From Candidatus Bathyarchaeia archaeon (GTDB taxonomy: Archaea > Thermoproteota > Bathyarchaeia > Bathyarchaeales > Bathycorpusculaceae), in NCBI GenBank assembly GCA_050012335.1, contig JBEKHJ010000001.1:1-60060 (forward strand): DNA of 60,060 nucleotides, written 5' to 3'. Shown here piece by piece: positions 30,245-39,108 of the stretch (positions are counted from its first letter, which is position 1; each line of letters begins with the position of its first letter). The notes beneath the pieces were generated by a model. That model searched no databases and had not been told where the DNA came from. It saw nothing but the letters and a program-made list of their open reading frames with translations. The position numbers and the translations under genes were made by a program.

Positions 30245-31249
30245 CTAGTGAATAATTTTTGGGCAACGCACGCCATGCGCTCTTGGAGTTACTAGGGATG
30301 CAGCCTTCAGTGCATGGTAAGTTAATATCATGTCCGCACCAGATCTTTTAATCGAGTTCAAAGTTTCCAAAAGCAGTGTGTCAGCATCTATGTGAGCATG
30401 TTCTGCGAGTAGGTTGATCATTGCGTACTCGCCGCTTACTTGATAAGCAGCAATGGGCATCGTGGGGTACTCTTGTTTTACCCGCATAATCAGGTCCAAA
30501 TTTGTTAAAGCAGGTTTAACTATAATTATGTCAGCACCTTCACTGATGTCTAGTTCCACTTTTTGCATAAACATCTTGCCATTTATTATATCAGTCCTAA
30601 ATCTGCTAGAATCGACATTTTGGTGGGCATGAGAAGAGGTCATTGCCTCTTTAAACGGATTAAAAAGACAACTGTCAGTCTTGACGTAGCTCATTATGGC
30701 TACTTCATCAAAACCGGCACTATTCAACGCTTGCCGCATATGCCTGACTTGCCCATCACACATGGCCGCCGGCGCAACAACATCGGCTCCAGCTTCAGCA
30801 TGAACCACAGAAATCTTGCCTAGCATTTCTGCCGTTTTTTCGTTCAACACTTTTCCTTTTTCCGTGTAGACACAGAATTCGTCTTTTGTGTAGTCGCAGA
30901 GGCATACATTAGAAATTAGAACCAGCTCCTCTCCGAACTCGGTTTTTAGCTTCCTGAAGATTTTTGTGTGAAATGCATCTTTCTTTAGCGCTACTGAGGC
31001 ATCAGCATCTTTTGCCTTCACGATACCGAAAACCATAATGGCAGGTATACCGCAGTCGATTGCTTTTCCGCAGGTGTTAACAGCATCGTTTAGAGAAAGA
31101 TATTCCTGACCTTTCATTGAGGGAACTTCAAATTTCCTCCTGTCCTCTCTGACAAATATCGGGTATATTAGGTCGCTTGCAGAAAGTTCAAAAGGTCTTG
31201 CAAGTCGAATCATCTGCTTGGATACTTTAAGTCTGGTCGTCAAATGCAT
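30245..31249 (-). CDS. hemB: Divergent porphobilinogen synthase (ALA dehydratase) homologue
   Basis: DLIYPIFV, Zn cysteines CLC...C, AGADVVAP, IMSYVK, GADIIIVKPA, AYQVSGEYAMI, KRSGADMILTY. Confidence 0.9.
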   Translation of the reverse strand: MHLTTRLKVSKQMIRLARPFELSASDLIYPIFVREDRRKFEVPSMKGQEYLSLNDAVNTCGKAIDCGIPAIMVFGIVKAKDADASVALKKDAFHTKIFRKLKTEFGEELVLISNVCLCDYTKDEFCVYTEKGKVLNEKTAEMLGKISVVHAEAGADVVAPAAMCDGQVRHMRQALNSAGFDEVAIMSYVKTDSCLFNPFKEAMTSSHAHQNVDSSRFRTDIINGKMFMQKVELDISEGADIIIVKPALTNLDLIMRVKQEYPTMPIAAYQVSGEYAMINLLAEHAHIDADTLLLETLNSIKRSGADMILTYHALKAASLVTPRAHGVRCPKIIH

Positions 31250-31405
31250 TTAACAGGTCTCCCTGCACTTTGAGTTCAAAGCGCGTGCTGTTGAACCCAT
31301 TATTGAGGCACTACAGTTAGCGAGTTTATTCTGAATTCGCCCTTATATTTCTATATGTAATACGGTTCAATACAGTTTTTGTACTAAGATCAAGGAAATT
31401 CTATG

Positions 31406-31426
31406 AACAGATTTGCTAAATCTGTT
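31406..31426. promoter_or_regulatory. Perfect 9-3-9 inverted repeat, candidate operator upstream of hemB
   Basis: aacagattt-gct-aaatctgtt, about 50 bp beyond a TATA-like tract (31343-31356). Confidence 0.35.
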
Positions 31427-31814
31427 ACAATAGATTAGGTTAGCGCCTACCGAGACCCACATATTTCTCCTCAGCTTCCAAGCAAAAAACATTTTACAGG
31501 CACCCTGAAAACACCTTAGTGCAATCGAGACGAGATAGGGCATTGCAAATGCGGTATTGTTTACTATTTTTAGTTCATTTCCAAGGAGTTACCCATCAGG
31601 ACACCGAGAAACTTGTTGGCGGTCTTTTCCTAAGAAAAAGCTTTGGACCTTTCCAATTGTGCGTTGTATATGATTTCAATATCTAAGTTTCGAAATAGTC
31701 TTTGAGACAAGCATGGGGAACACAAGCATTTAGGTTAGAAGAAAACATCATCGGCAATTCTTTGAGACATGCACTAGACCGCTGCCAACTCAGATGCGGT
31801 AAGAATATTGTGCA

Positions 31815-33149
31815 CTATGGATCGAAAAATCTCTTCAAAATAGAAGGAGATTCCTGAAAAACCAGAGTAAGAAAGTCTTGGATCCATCGTGAACTAGCAG
31901 ATTTGGACCCATAAAAGATGGGGGTCAGCATATTTGCGTTTAAACCGATTTCGTCCTCCATGATTGCAACCTCGCAGAGTCGGGTGTGTGGATAAATTCG
32001 CATTCTTGCCGTTGAAAAATATCCAAGCTTTCGCCTACACCTGAAGACCGCTTTTGCCCAAAACTCGGCAAGAGCTACTAAGTTTCTAAGATTGCCTCGT
32101 GGGAGATCATAGAAAAAAGTATACCCAACATTAGCGCCTTTAACCTGACACGCCATATCAATTGTGCGTTCAATGTCTGCAATCCTAATTTGCTTCCCCA
32201 AAAAGGTCAGAACCGGATCAGACGCGCCATCGGAATGAAACTCAAATCTCGTGCACCCTGCATCCACAGCCTCACGCATTAACCTGATGTTCAAAAGGTC
32301 CTCCCGAAAATATGCATGCCATTGCACATCCAAATTTCTTTTTCGAATCTCTACACAAATCTCGCTACTATGTCTGGGCGGACAATTGAAAATAGGATCA
32401 ACAAACCAAAAAGATTTCACGTTATAATTATTCACAAGCTCCTCTATCTCATCAACAACCTTACTAGCAGAACGCAGCTGCAGAATATAGTTACCCAAAA
32501 AAGGATCTGTGCAATAAACGCATCCAAAAGCGCATCCACGCTTCGACTGAACATTCAAAGAATAGGGTATCTTTTTGTATTCTGACATATCAAAAAGTTC
32601 CCTTGCTGGAGAAGGCAGAAGGTCAAAAACCGCAGGTTCCTTCACCCCCGTGAACGCAACCCCATCTTCACCCTGAACGAGCAGATTCCTAACCTTCTCA
32701 GGATGGCTAATATTTCTTAGGAGAGTGGCAAAAGTGGTCTCACCATCCGAAACCACCCCAAAATCAATCTCCCGGTTCTCACTCATAATCTCTCTGGAAA
32801 AAACCGAGAAACCAGGACCACCAACAACTATCTTACATGAAGGCGTTGTATTCCGTATTAGCCTCAACATCTTTCTAAACTGCGAGTAGAAACTCGGGCT
32901 TTTGCCGAAGCGGGTATTATTCAGGAAATCCATATTCCTAAAGGAAATGCCGACAACCTCAGGTTGCTCATCCTGAAGACGCTTTGATAACACGCCTAAA
33001 GGATTGCGAATGACATTGGCGTCAAAAACACTCAACTCGTGACCTTCTAGCATCGAAGCAATATACGCCACGCCCAACGGAAACACGCGCGCGTGCGAAT
33101 GAAAGACTGAGTCGTCACCATAGTATTGAGAGCACAGCAAAACCTTCAA
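31815..33149 (-). CDS. Cobalamin-binding radical SAM protein
   Basis: N-terminal PLGVAYIAS...VVGISFRNMD...GGPG B12-binding domain; QSKRGCAFGCVYC motif. Confidence 0.92.
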   Translation of the reverse strand: MKVLLCSQYYGDDSVFHSHARVFPLGVAYIASMLEGHELSVFDANVIRNPLGVLSKRLQDEQPEVVGISFRNMDFLNNTRFGKSPSFYSQFRKMLRLIRNTTPSCKIVVGGPGFSVFSREIMSENREIDFGVVSDGETTFATLLRNISHPEKVRNLLVQGEDGVAFTGVKEPAVFDLLPSPARELFDMSEYKKIPYSLNVQSKRGCAFGCVYCTDPFLGNYILQLRSASKVVDEIEELVNNYNVKSFWFVDPIFNCPPRHSSEICVEIRKRNLDVQWHAYFREDLLNIRLMREAVDAGCTRFEFHSDGASDPVLTFLGKQIRIADIERTIDMACQVKGANVGYTFFYDLPRGNLRNLVALAEFWAKAVFRCRRKLGYFSTARMRIYPHTRLCEVAIMEDEIGLNANMLTPIFYGSKSASSRWIQDFLTLVFQESPSILKRFFDP

Positions 33150-33415
33150 GCTTTCTCCTCATCTCCCAAGCAGAACCAGTTTACGGACACTCTAAAAATA
33201 TCATATATCTTTTTTCAGCGCGCAAAGGTTGCGGCAATTGTGAGCAGTTTCAGCCAACTATGATGTTTTCTGGCGCGCTTTCAGGAAATTTCTTACGCAT
33301 ACTAGATTTACTGTTAGGTCTGGACAACGTTTACCTCAAAGCAAATGTTCGTTTTATTCAAACCTGACGTTTCAAATAAGATGGGGCACTGCATTTGGGG
33401 GGTTGTTGATTCCTT

Positions 33416-34630
33416 CTAGTCCATTTCTGTAGAGTTACCTGAGAGGGTTTTGAGGAGCCTATCGGTGGTTTTTTCCCAAGAAAAAGCTTTGGACCTTTCC
33501 AACGCTTTTTCGCCCATTCTTCGTCTAAGAGAAGAATCTAATGTCAACCTATTCACTGCTGAAGCCCATTCGACCACTGAAGGCTCAAGCAAGAAACCAG
33601 CATCACCAAGAACCCCAGGTACACCGCCTCGATTGCATGCCACCACTGGCTTACCGCAAGCCATGGCCTCAAGAACCACCAGCCCAAAAGTGTCGATAGT
33701 ACTGGGAAACAAGAAAATGGAACATTCCTGCATTAACCTCACAACTTCAGAGTCTGATGGATACAAGACTATCTCAAACCTGTCAGAGATTTCCATTTCC
33801 TCTGCTAGACTAGCTAACTTAGACTTGTACCACATGTGCTGCGGCTCAATGTCTCCTGCAATGGTTAGAGAGCAAGATTCAGGTGCCCTCTTCATTGCCA
33901 TCACTGCGAGCTCCAGAGACTTATGAGGGTGAATCCTTCCAAGGTATAACGCAAAATCTCCTGATTTATCCACAGGATAGAACCTATCGTGGTCAATTCC
34001 CAACGGAACGACTGCTGCTTTTTTGTGTCCGATGGTTCCTTGTCTTCGGGCTTGTTCAAGTTGGAATCGGCTGGGCGCAAGGAAAGTGCTCAGTTTTCGG
34101 AAGCTAGCCTGCTTCAGACTTCTAAATGGAAGTGAATCGTAGAGCCCATCTATTAGTCTTCTGCGCAATGTTGCCTCCATAAAAGGAACATTAAAAGGAG
34201 GAGGCATTGGTCGAAGCACGTTGAGATAAACCATTCCGATGGGTTCATAGAAATTGTAGAAGTATGGAAGCAGCCAATGTTCTCCGTGATATTGATACAG
34301 GGCAACGTCGCATTGGGCATCTGCTATGCTTCTGCTGATTTCAAGTGCGTATTCCGTTTGTCGCCACAAATAAGCAAGTTCTGTCGGAATTTTCAATAAA
34401 TCGCTTTCTCTTCGCGATAATAAAGGGCTTTCTCCGCTTATTGCTTTCTTCCCCGGGACTAAATGAATTGGCATTCCGAGAAATTCCTGAAAACATTTTC
34501 TTGCATCTAGCTTCGTTGTGTAGATTTCAACCTCATGCCCTAGACTCTGCAATTGACGCGTTACCTCATACGTGAAGCGTCTCGAGCCTGTTCTCTGTGA
34601 GAGGTCTTCGTCCACAAAGGCGATTTTCAA
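33416..34630 (-). CDS. Glycosyltransferase family 4
   Basis: PLGID, YLGRIHPHK, FPSTIDTFGLVVLEAMACGKPVV. Confidence 0.93.
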   Translation of the reverse strand: MKIAFVDEDLSQRTGSRRFTYEVTRQLQSLGHEVEIYTTKLDARKCFQEFLGMPIHLVPGKKAISGESPLLSRRESDLLKIPTELAYLWRQTEYALEISRSIADAQCDVALYQYHGEHWLLPYFYNFYEPIGMVYLNVLRPMPPPFNVPFMEATLRRRLIDGLYDSLPFRSLKQASFRKLSTFLAPSRFQLEQARRQGTIGHKKAAVVPLGIDHDRFYPVDKSGDFALYLGRIHPHKSLELAVMAMKRAPESCSLTIAGDIEPQHMWYKSKLASLAEEMEISDRFEIVLYPSDSEVVRLMQECSIFLFPSTIDTFGLVVLEAMACGKPVVACNRGGVPGVLGDAGFLLEPSVVEWASAVNRLTLDSSLRRRMGEKALERSKAFSWEKTTDRLLKTLSGNSTEMD

Positions 34631-34747
34631 GACAATTCCCCGGTCAATTTCGCAAAATTCTCGACAGATACAATGTATGCGCTAGCAAAAAAGAAACAAT
34701 GTGTACTACTTAGGACAATAGAGATTGGAGGCTCGGCAGACACGATT

Positions 34748-35569
34748 CTAAGAATTTTGGCCGGAAGCCGCCTGAAATAGTGCAAAAGCCTTTCTCAACT
34801 TGAAGATATGGAGAAGGCCTCTTCTAATCCTGATTTTGCCAGTTAACCAGGACTTAACCAAATCGCGCACGCTGGCTCCGCTTCCAATAATTAAGGAAGA
34901 CAGAGGAATACTTCCCTCGATAATTACATCAGAGTTCTCCGCTTTTCCCTCTTCCAAATAAACCTTTTCAGGTTCAATGTACACTGAAAATTCTGGAACC
35001 CCTTTTAACCTAAACGAAATACTCATTGCAAGCTCTTTGAACTGCTTTCTAATTGCATCATTTGACTTAATTGCTTGGTCTATTTCCTCAAACTTTTCTT
35101 TTAGCTCTTGACAATTGAAAAGTTTTCTGTAAACAGTGGTGTGATTAGGAGCACTTACGTATCCTGCTGCTGGATGATAGAAACGGTTAACTAACTTAGG
35201 GCGACCAACAAAACTATAGCTCACAACAATCCCTCTCTCCTTAAAGGCTCCAGACAAACGAGGAAAACGAATCAGCTCCAAACCTATCCTTTGACCTCTA
35301 TAATTAGGATGAACAGCAATGTCAGCGCCTAAGGCGGCCTTAACATACGTATTGTTTGACAATTTGAGCTCTCTATATAGCCAGTAATTGGATCCAATTA
35401 GCTTTCCGTCTTTTTCAGCTATTACCACGAGTGAATTGGCAAAACTGGGATTCATTCGATACTTCCAAAACCACAAATTGCTATCCCTGAAACTGGGAAA
35501 AGTAATCTTCAGCAATTCTTTCAGCCCGACTTCATCTTCGTCACGGAACAGTCTGCACGAAAAATTCAA
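34748..35569 (-). CDS. GNAT acyltransferase with C-terminal SCP2-like domain
   Basis: DIAVHPNYRGQRIG CoA-binding motif; C-terminal SDVIIEG...WLTGKIRIR (SCP2-like). Confidence 0.82.
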   Translation of the reverse strand: MNFSCRLFRDEDEVGLKELLKITFPSFRDSNLWFWKYRMNPSFANSLVVIAEKDGKLIGSNYWLYRELKLSNNTYVKAALGADIAVHPNYRGQRIGLELIRFPRLSGAFKERGIVVSYSFVGRPKLVNRFYHPAAGYVSAPNHTTVYRKLFNCQELKEKFEEIDQAIKSNDAIRKQFKELAMSISFRLKGVPEFSVYIEPEKVYLEEGKAENSDVIIEGSIPLSSLIIGSGASVRDLVKSWLTGKIRIRRGLLHIFKLRKAFALFQAASGQNS

Positions 35570-35599
35570 GCATTTCCCCTCATTCAGCGTGTCGCCATT

Positions 35600-36424
35600 C
35601 TACCCTATGTCTGCACGAGGCATGAACCAAGGTGTTCTAATCTGCAACAGATTGAACAATTTTTTGACTTTGGATATCTTCCAAAATGGGTGAAAGCGCA
35701 ATTTTGAAGCCATTACATCTTTCAAAAGACTCTCTGTTCCGAAAATGAGAGCAACAACGGTTGACATTTCAGCCTCTATTGTAGTTCTTTGAACTGGGAC
35801 AGGCTTTTCTAGAATAGTAACTTGGTTCTTTTCAAGTTTTACCCCGAAGCTGGGGAGACACCAAGGCGGACAGTTCTTCAGATTAAACCAGAACACTTCA
35901 TTTATGTCCAAGATTTGGTTTTTGGCTTGGAGAACTTCACGAATCAATTGAGGCAAATCGAGGATGCTTAGGAACATCGCTTCAGAAGGTGACTCTGCAA
36001 AATCCATGTCCTGGCATACTTCACGCACCACCGGGTCCTTGTCGTACGCATTAAAAACCACAGAACTGCTACCAACGCTTTTGGCATAATTCTCCGCCCA
36101 ACTGAGAAGTTTTGAAACAACAACCTTTGCTATATTAGACGAATCGTAACAGAGTTCCCAAATGTTACCAGATTTTCCAACCACAACATAGCCTACAATT
36201 TTATTCTGTTTTTCCAGGATCAGGATGCCTTTTTCCTCGACATCTGGACGTTTCAGACAGCACCAACGCCAGTATTCAACGGTCCTTGGAACAAAACCAG
36301 CCAAGTTAGCGTTTTGGGCATTGAAAAGAAGCACAAGTGAAGTCTCGTCGCCTTGCTCATACGTCCGAGAACTATATTCGCCCGTATTGTCAGCCAATTT
36401 CTTCGCTCCTTGTTTCAATCTCAT
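35600..36424 (-). CDS. GNAT-fold protein with C-terminal SCP2-like domain (Eis-like second half)
   Basis: RTYEQGDE, VPRTVEYWRW, IVGYVVV, LLSWAENYA; WFMPRADIG terminus. Likely start ATG 36424. Confidence 0.72.
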   Translation of the reverse strand: MRLKQGAKKLADNTGEYSSRTYEQGDETSLVLLFNAQNANLAGFVPRTVEYWRWCCLKRPDVEEKGILILEKQNKIVGYVVVGKSGNIWELCYDSSNIAKVVVSKLLSWAENYAKSVGSSSVVFNAYDKDPVVREVCQDMDFAESPSEAMFLSILDLPQLIREVLQAKNQILDINEVFWFNLKNCPPWCLPSFGVKLEKNQVTILEKPVPVQRTTIEAEMSTVVALIFGTESLLKDVMASKLRFHPFWKISKVKKLFNLLQIRTPWFMPRADIG

Positions 36425-36464
36425 ATTGAAATACACTGCAAAAAAAAGACCCACGAAACGCACA

Positions 36465-37766
36465 CTAGAATACTGTTCGCTCAGTCTTCGTCTGGAATAA
36501 TCGTTCAGCGGCTTCCAGCAATCCGTTGTCGCTGCTTAAAGCCGCCGCTCTCAGTTGCTCTATAGGAATTTGCGCAACTCTTTCAATTAGCTCCCTCGAG
36601 AAACGTTCTATGATGGCAAGCTTCTCTTTGTCCGATATGCCCATTTTACGTATTGCTCTTGTTAGTTCCTTCAATCTTATCTCTTCGTATCTCTTGAAGA
36701 TTTCATTGATTAATGGTTGCGCAACAAGCTTTGAGAGTTCTATTTCAAAGCGGCTCAGTTCCTCAGAAACTATGACTTTCGCCTTCTCAGCCTCAATCGT
36801 TCTATTTCGCAAGGTCTGGTCAACTATCTGTTTCAAATCATCAATTGTTTTCAGGCAAATTCCATCTAGAAGACCCACTTCTTCTTCAATTGCTCTAGGC
36901 TGCGAAATGTCAATCATCAACGCCTGTTTCGATCTTGGTGGATCAGTCATAAAAGAAATCAGCTCCTGTTCCGTGAAAAGTGGCGCCTTAACTGAGATTG
37001 CAGTAATCACCAAATCCGCATGGCAAATCGCAGCAAGAACGTCACTGAAAGGAATCGCAAACCCAGACACCTTTTCTGCAAGAACCTGACTCTTTTTGAA
37101 AGTTCTGTTGGTGATTGTCATTGCAGGAACCCCATAACTCTTCAATGCTTCGGCCGCAAGTGTTCCTGCTTCTCCTGCCCCTATGATTAGAACTTTCTTT
37201 GATTTCAAATCGCCTAGTTTATTTGATGCAAGGTCGACTGCTGCCGAACTTATCGAAACTGAACCCTCATTAATCTTTGTTCTTGTTCTGACTAGCTTGC
37301 CGGTGTTTAGTGCTTTCATAAATACTTTATCAAGCAGTTGCCCCGTAGACCCGTGCTTCCTTGCAGCCAAGAAAGCCTTACGCACCTGACCGATAATTTG
37401 ATCTTCGCCTAATACCATCGACTCCAGTCCAGAAGTCAAATAGAAAAGATGCTCCATCGCCTTTTTTTCGTAATAAAGTTGTGCCAACTTTGCGATAATA
37501 TCGGAACTCACACCTGTGATAGTGCTCCATTTTTTGAGTATTTGCTTTATTGCCTCATCGCGATCTGGCGTATTTAGCTTGCAGTATATCTCCACGCGAT
37601 GACAGGTCTGGATAAGAACACATTCTTGCGCAATTTTCTCCGAACAAAGAGCCTGCACGAACGCACCTTTGTCCTGGAGAGTGAGAGATTCAAGGACCGG
37701 TACGCTTGCGTGCTTGTAAGAAACGGAAAGACAAACCAGCATGAAAAGCCCAACTTTAATGTACAT
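36465..37766 (-). CDS. hemA: Glutamyl-tRNA reductase
   Basis: QTCHRVEIY catalytic Cys, GLESMVLGEDQIIGQV, SISSAAV, IGAGEAG, NRT, IDISQPRAIE. Confidence 0.95.
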   Translation of the reverse strand: MYIKVGLFMLVCLSVSYKHASVPVLESLTLQDKGAFVQALCSEKIAQECVLIQTCHRVEIYCKLNTPDRDEAIKQILKKWSTITGVSSDIIAKLAQLYYEKKAMEHLFYLTSGLESMVLGEDQIIGQVRKAFLAARKHGSTGQLLDKVFMKALNTGKLVRTRTKINEGSVSISSAAVDLASNKLGDLKSKKVLIIGAGEAGTLAAEALKSYGVPAMTITNRTFKKSQVLAEKVSGFAIPFSDVLAAICHADLVITAISVKAPLFTEQELISFMTDPPRSKQALMIDISQPRAIEEEVGLLDGICLKTIDDLKQIVDQTLRNRTIEAEKAKVIVSEELSRFEIELSKLVAQPLINEIFKRYEEIRLKELTRAIRKMGISDKEKLAIIERFSRELIERVAQIPIEQLRAAALSSDNGLLEAAERLFQTKTERTVF

Positions 37767-37783
37767 TTAACTGGAGTTGCAAT

Positions 37784-39067
37784 TTACTTTTCAACGATTA
37801 CTTTAAGGTATTTACCTTCCAATTGACCTACAGGAATAAAGACCACTTCATTGAAATTTATTCCTACACGATTCTTAATATCGTCGGTAATTTCCTTCCT
37901 AAGCGAAATCTCCGCGGTCTGGGACAATGCGCCATTAGTTTCTACTCTAAGCAAAGTCTCGTGTTTGGGCGTACGTTTATCAACGATTATTTGACATCTG
38001 CCAGTAAGTTCATGGAACTTCCCGAGCAAGAATTCAACGTGACTTGGAAAAACAGTTACGCCTCGGATCTTTGTCATGTAATCTTCTCGATCGATGTCAG
38101 CGCCGATTTTCAGATCGCACATGCCGCAAGAACATTCCCCAAACCCAAAATAGGTTGTTATGTCACGGGACAAATACCTTATCAACGGAAAGGCCTCCCT
38201 TTGAAGACTAGTGACCACCAGTTCGCCTCTTTCTCCAACGTCAAGAGGCTCATGAGTTTCCGGATCCACGATCTCAACTAAGTAATAGTTGCCCCAAATG
38301 TGATGCATATTCTGGTCCTCTCTGCAGTTGACAGAGAAACCTGGAAACTCTGTCGAGCCATAGTCGCTGATGACCTTTTCGTATCCACCCTCCCTTTTGA
38401 GGATTTCAACTTGACTTGCAGTAGGTTTCTCTGCCACACAAAAAGCAGTTTTCAAGTTATAATTCCTAAGGTTTTCTCCAAGAGCTTTAGCCACTTCCAA
38501 TATTCTAAAATGGTAGCTAGTAGCTGCATAAAGAATGGTAGTCCCGAATTGTTTGATTATGAGAATTTGACGCTCTGAGTCAGCTGGACCAACGGGAATT
38601 ACGAAAATCCCGGCCCGTTCGGCGCCCCAATGCATTGACCAACCGCCTTGCCACAAGCCATAGGCAGAAGTAATCTGAACTATATCCTTTTTTGTTGCGC
38701 CATGGTAGAAAAGCCTTTGCGCAGATGCATCTGCAATCATATTTATGTCTTTACGAGTGTGCGCAATTTTCAGCGGATGCCCAGTGGTTCCGCTTGACAG
38801 CCGCACAGTGGCAATTTTAGAGCAAGGCACAGCTAAGATTTCGTGGAAGTTTTGTTCCAATTCTTCTCTCGTGATAAAAGGAATTTTGGTTACGTCTTGC
38901 AGACTCTTGATGTCAGAGGGGTGTATTCCTGCTTTCTCGAATTTTAACCGGTAAAAACTACTGTTCGCGTAGACCCTATTCAATTGCTTCTGCAATAACC
39001 TTAGCTGCAGGCTTTTCAGTTCATCTATTGAAGAGTAAGTCTTGCAATCCCAGAATGGTTTATTCAT
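37784..39067 (-). CDS. Phenylacetate-CoA-ligase-family (ANL) acyl-adenylating enzyme
   Basis: LSSGTTGHP, YGSTE, GELVVTSL...PLIRYLSRD, KIRGVTVFPS. Confidence 0.9.
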   Translation of the reverse strand: MNKPFWDCKTYSSIDELKSLQLRLLQKQLNRVYANSSFYRLKFEKAGIHPSDIKSLQDVTKIPFITREELEQNFHEILAVPCSKIATVRLSSGTTGHPLKIAHTRKDINMIADASAQRLFYHGATKKDIVQITSAYGLWQGGWSMHWGAERAGIFVIPVGPADSERQILIIKQFGTTILYAATSYHFRILEVAKALGENLRNYNLKTAFCVAEKPTASQVEILKREGGYEKVISDYGSTEFPGFSVNCREDQNMHHIWGNYYLVEIVDPETHEPLDVGERGELVVTSLQREAFPLIRYLSRDITTYFGFGECSCGMCDLKIGADIDREDYMTKIRGVTVFPSHVEFLLGKFHELTGRCQIIVDKRTPKHETLLRVETNGALSQTAEISLRKEITDDIKNRVGINFNEVVFIPVGQLEGKYLKVIVEK

Positions 39068-39108
39068 AATTTTTTCTTCCTCAATTATTATTAACTGTCA
39101 TCTCAGCA

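Noticed and set aside
37784-39067. Phenylacetate catabolism (paaK) or F390 synthetase
   Set aside because: No paa, ior, ACT-domain or F420 neighbours, so no gene symbol was assigned.
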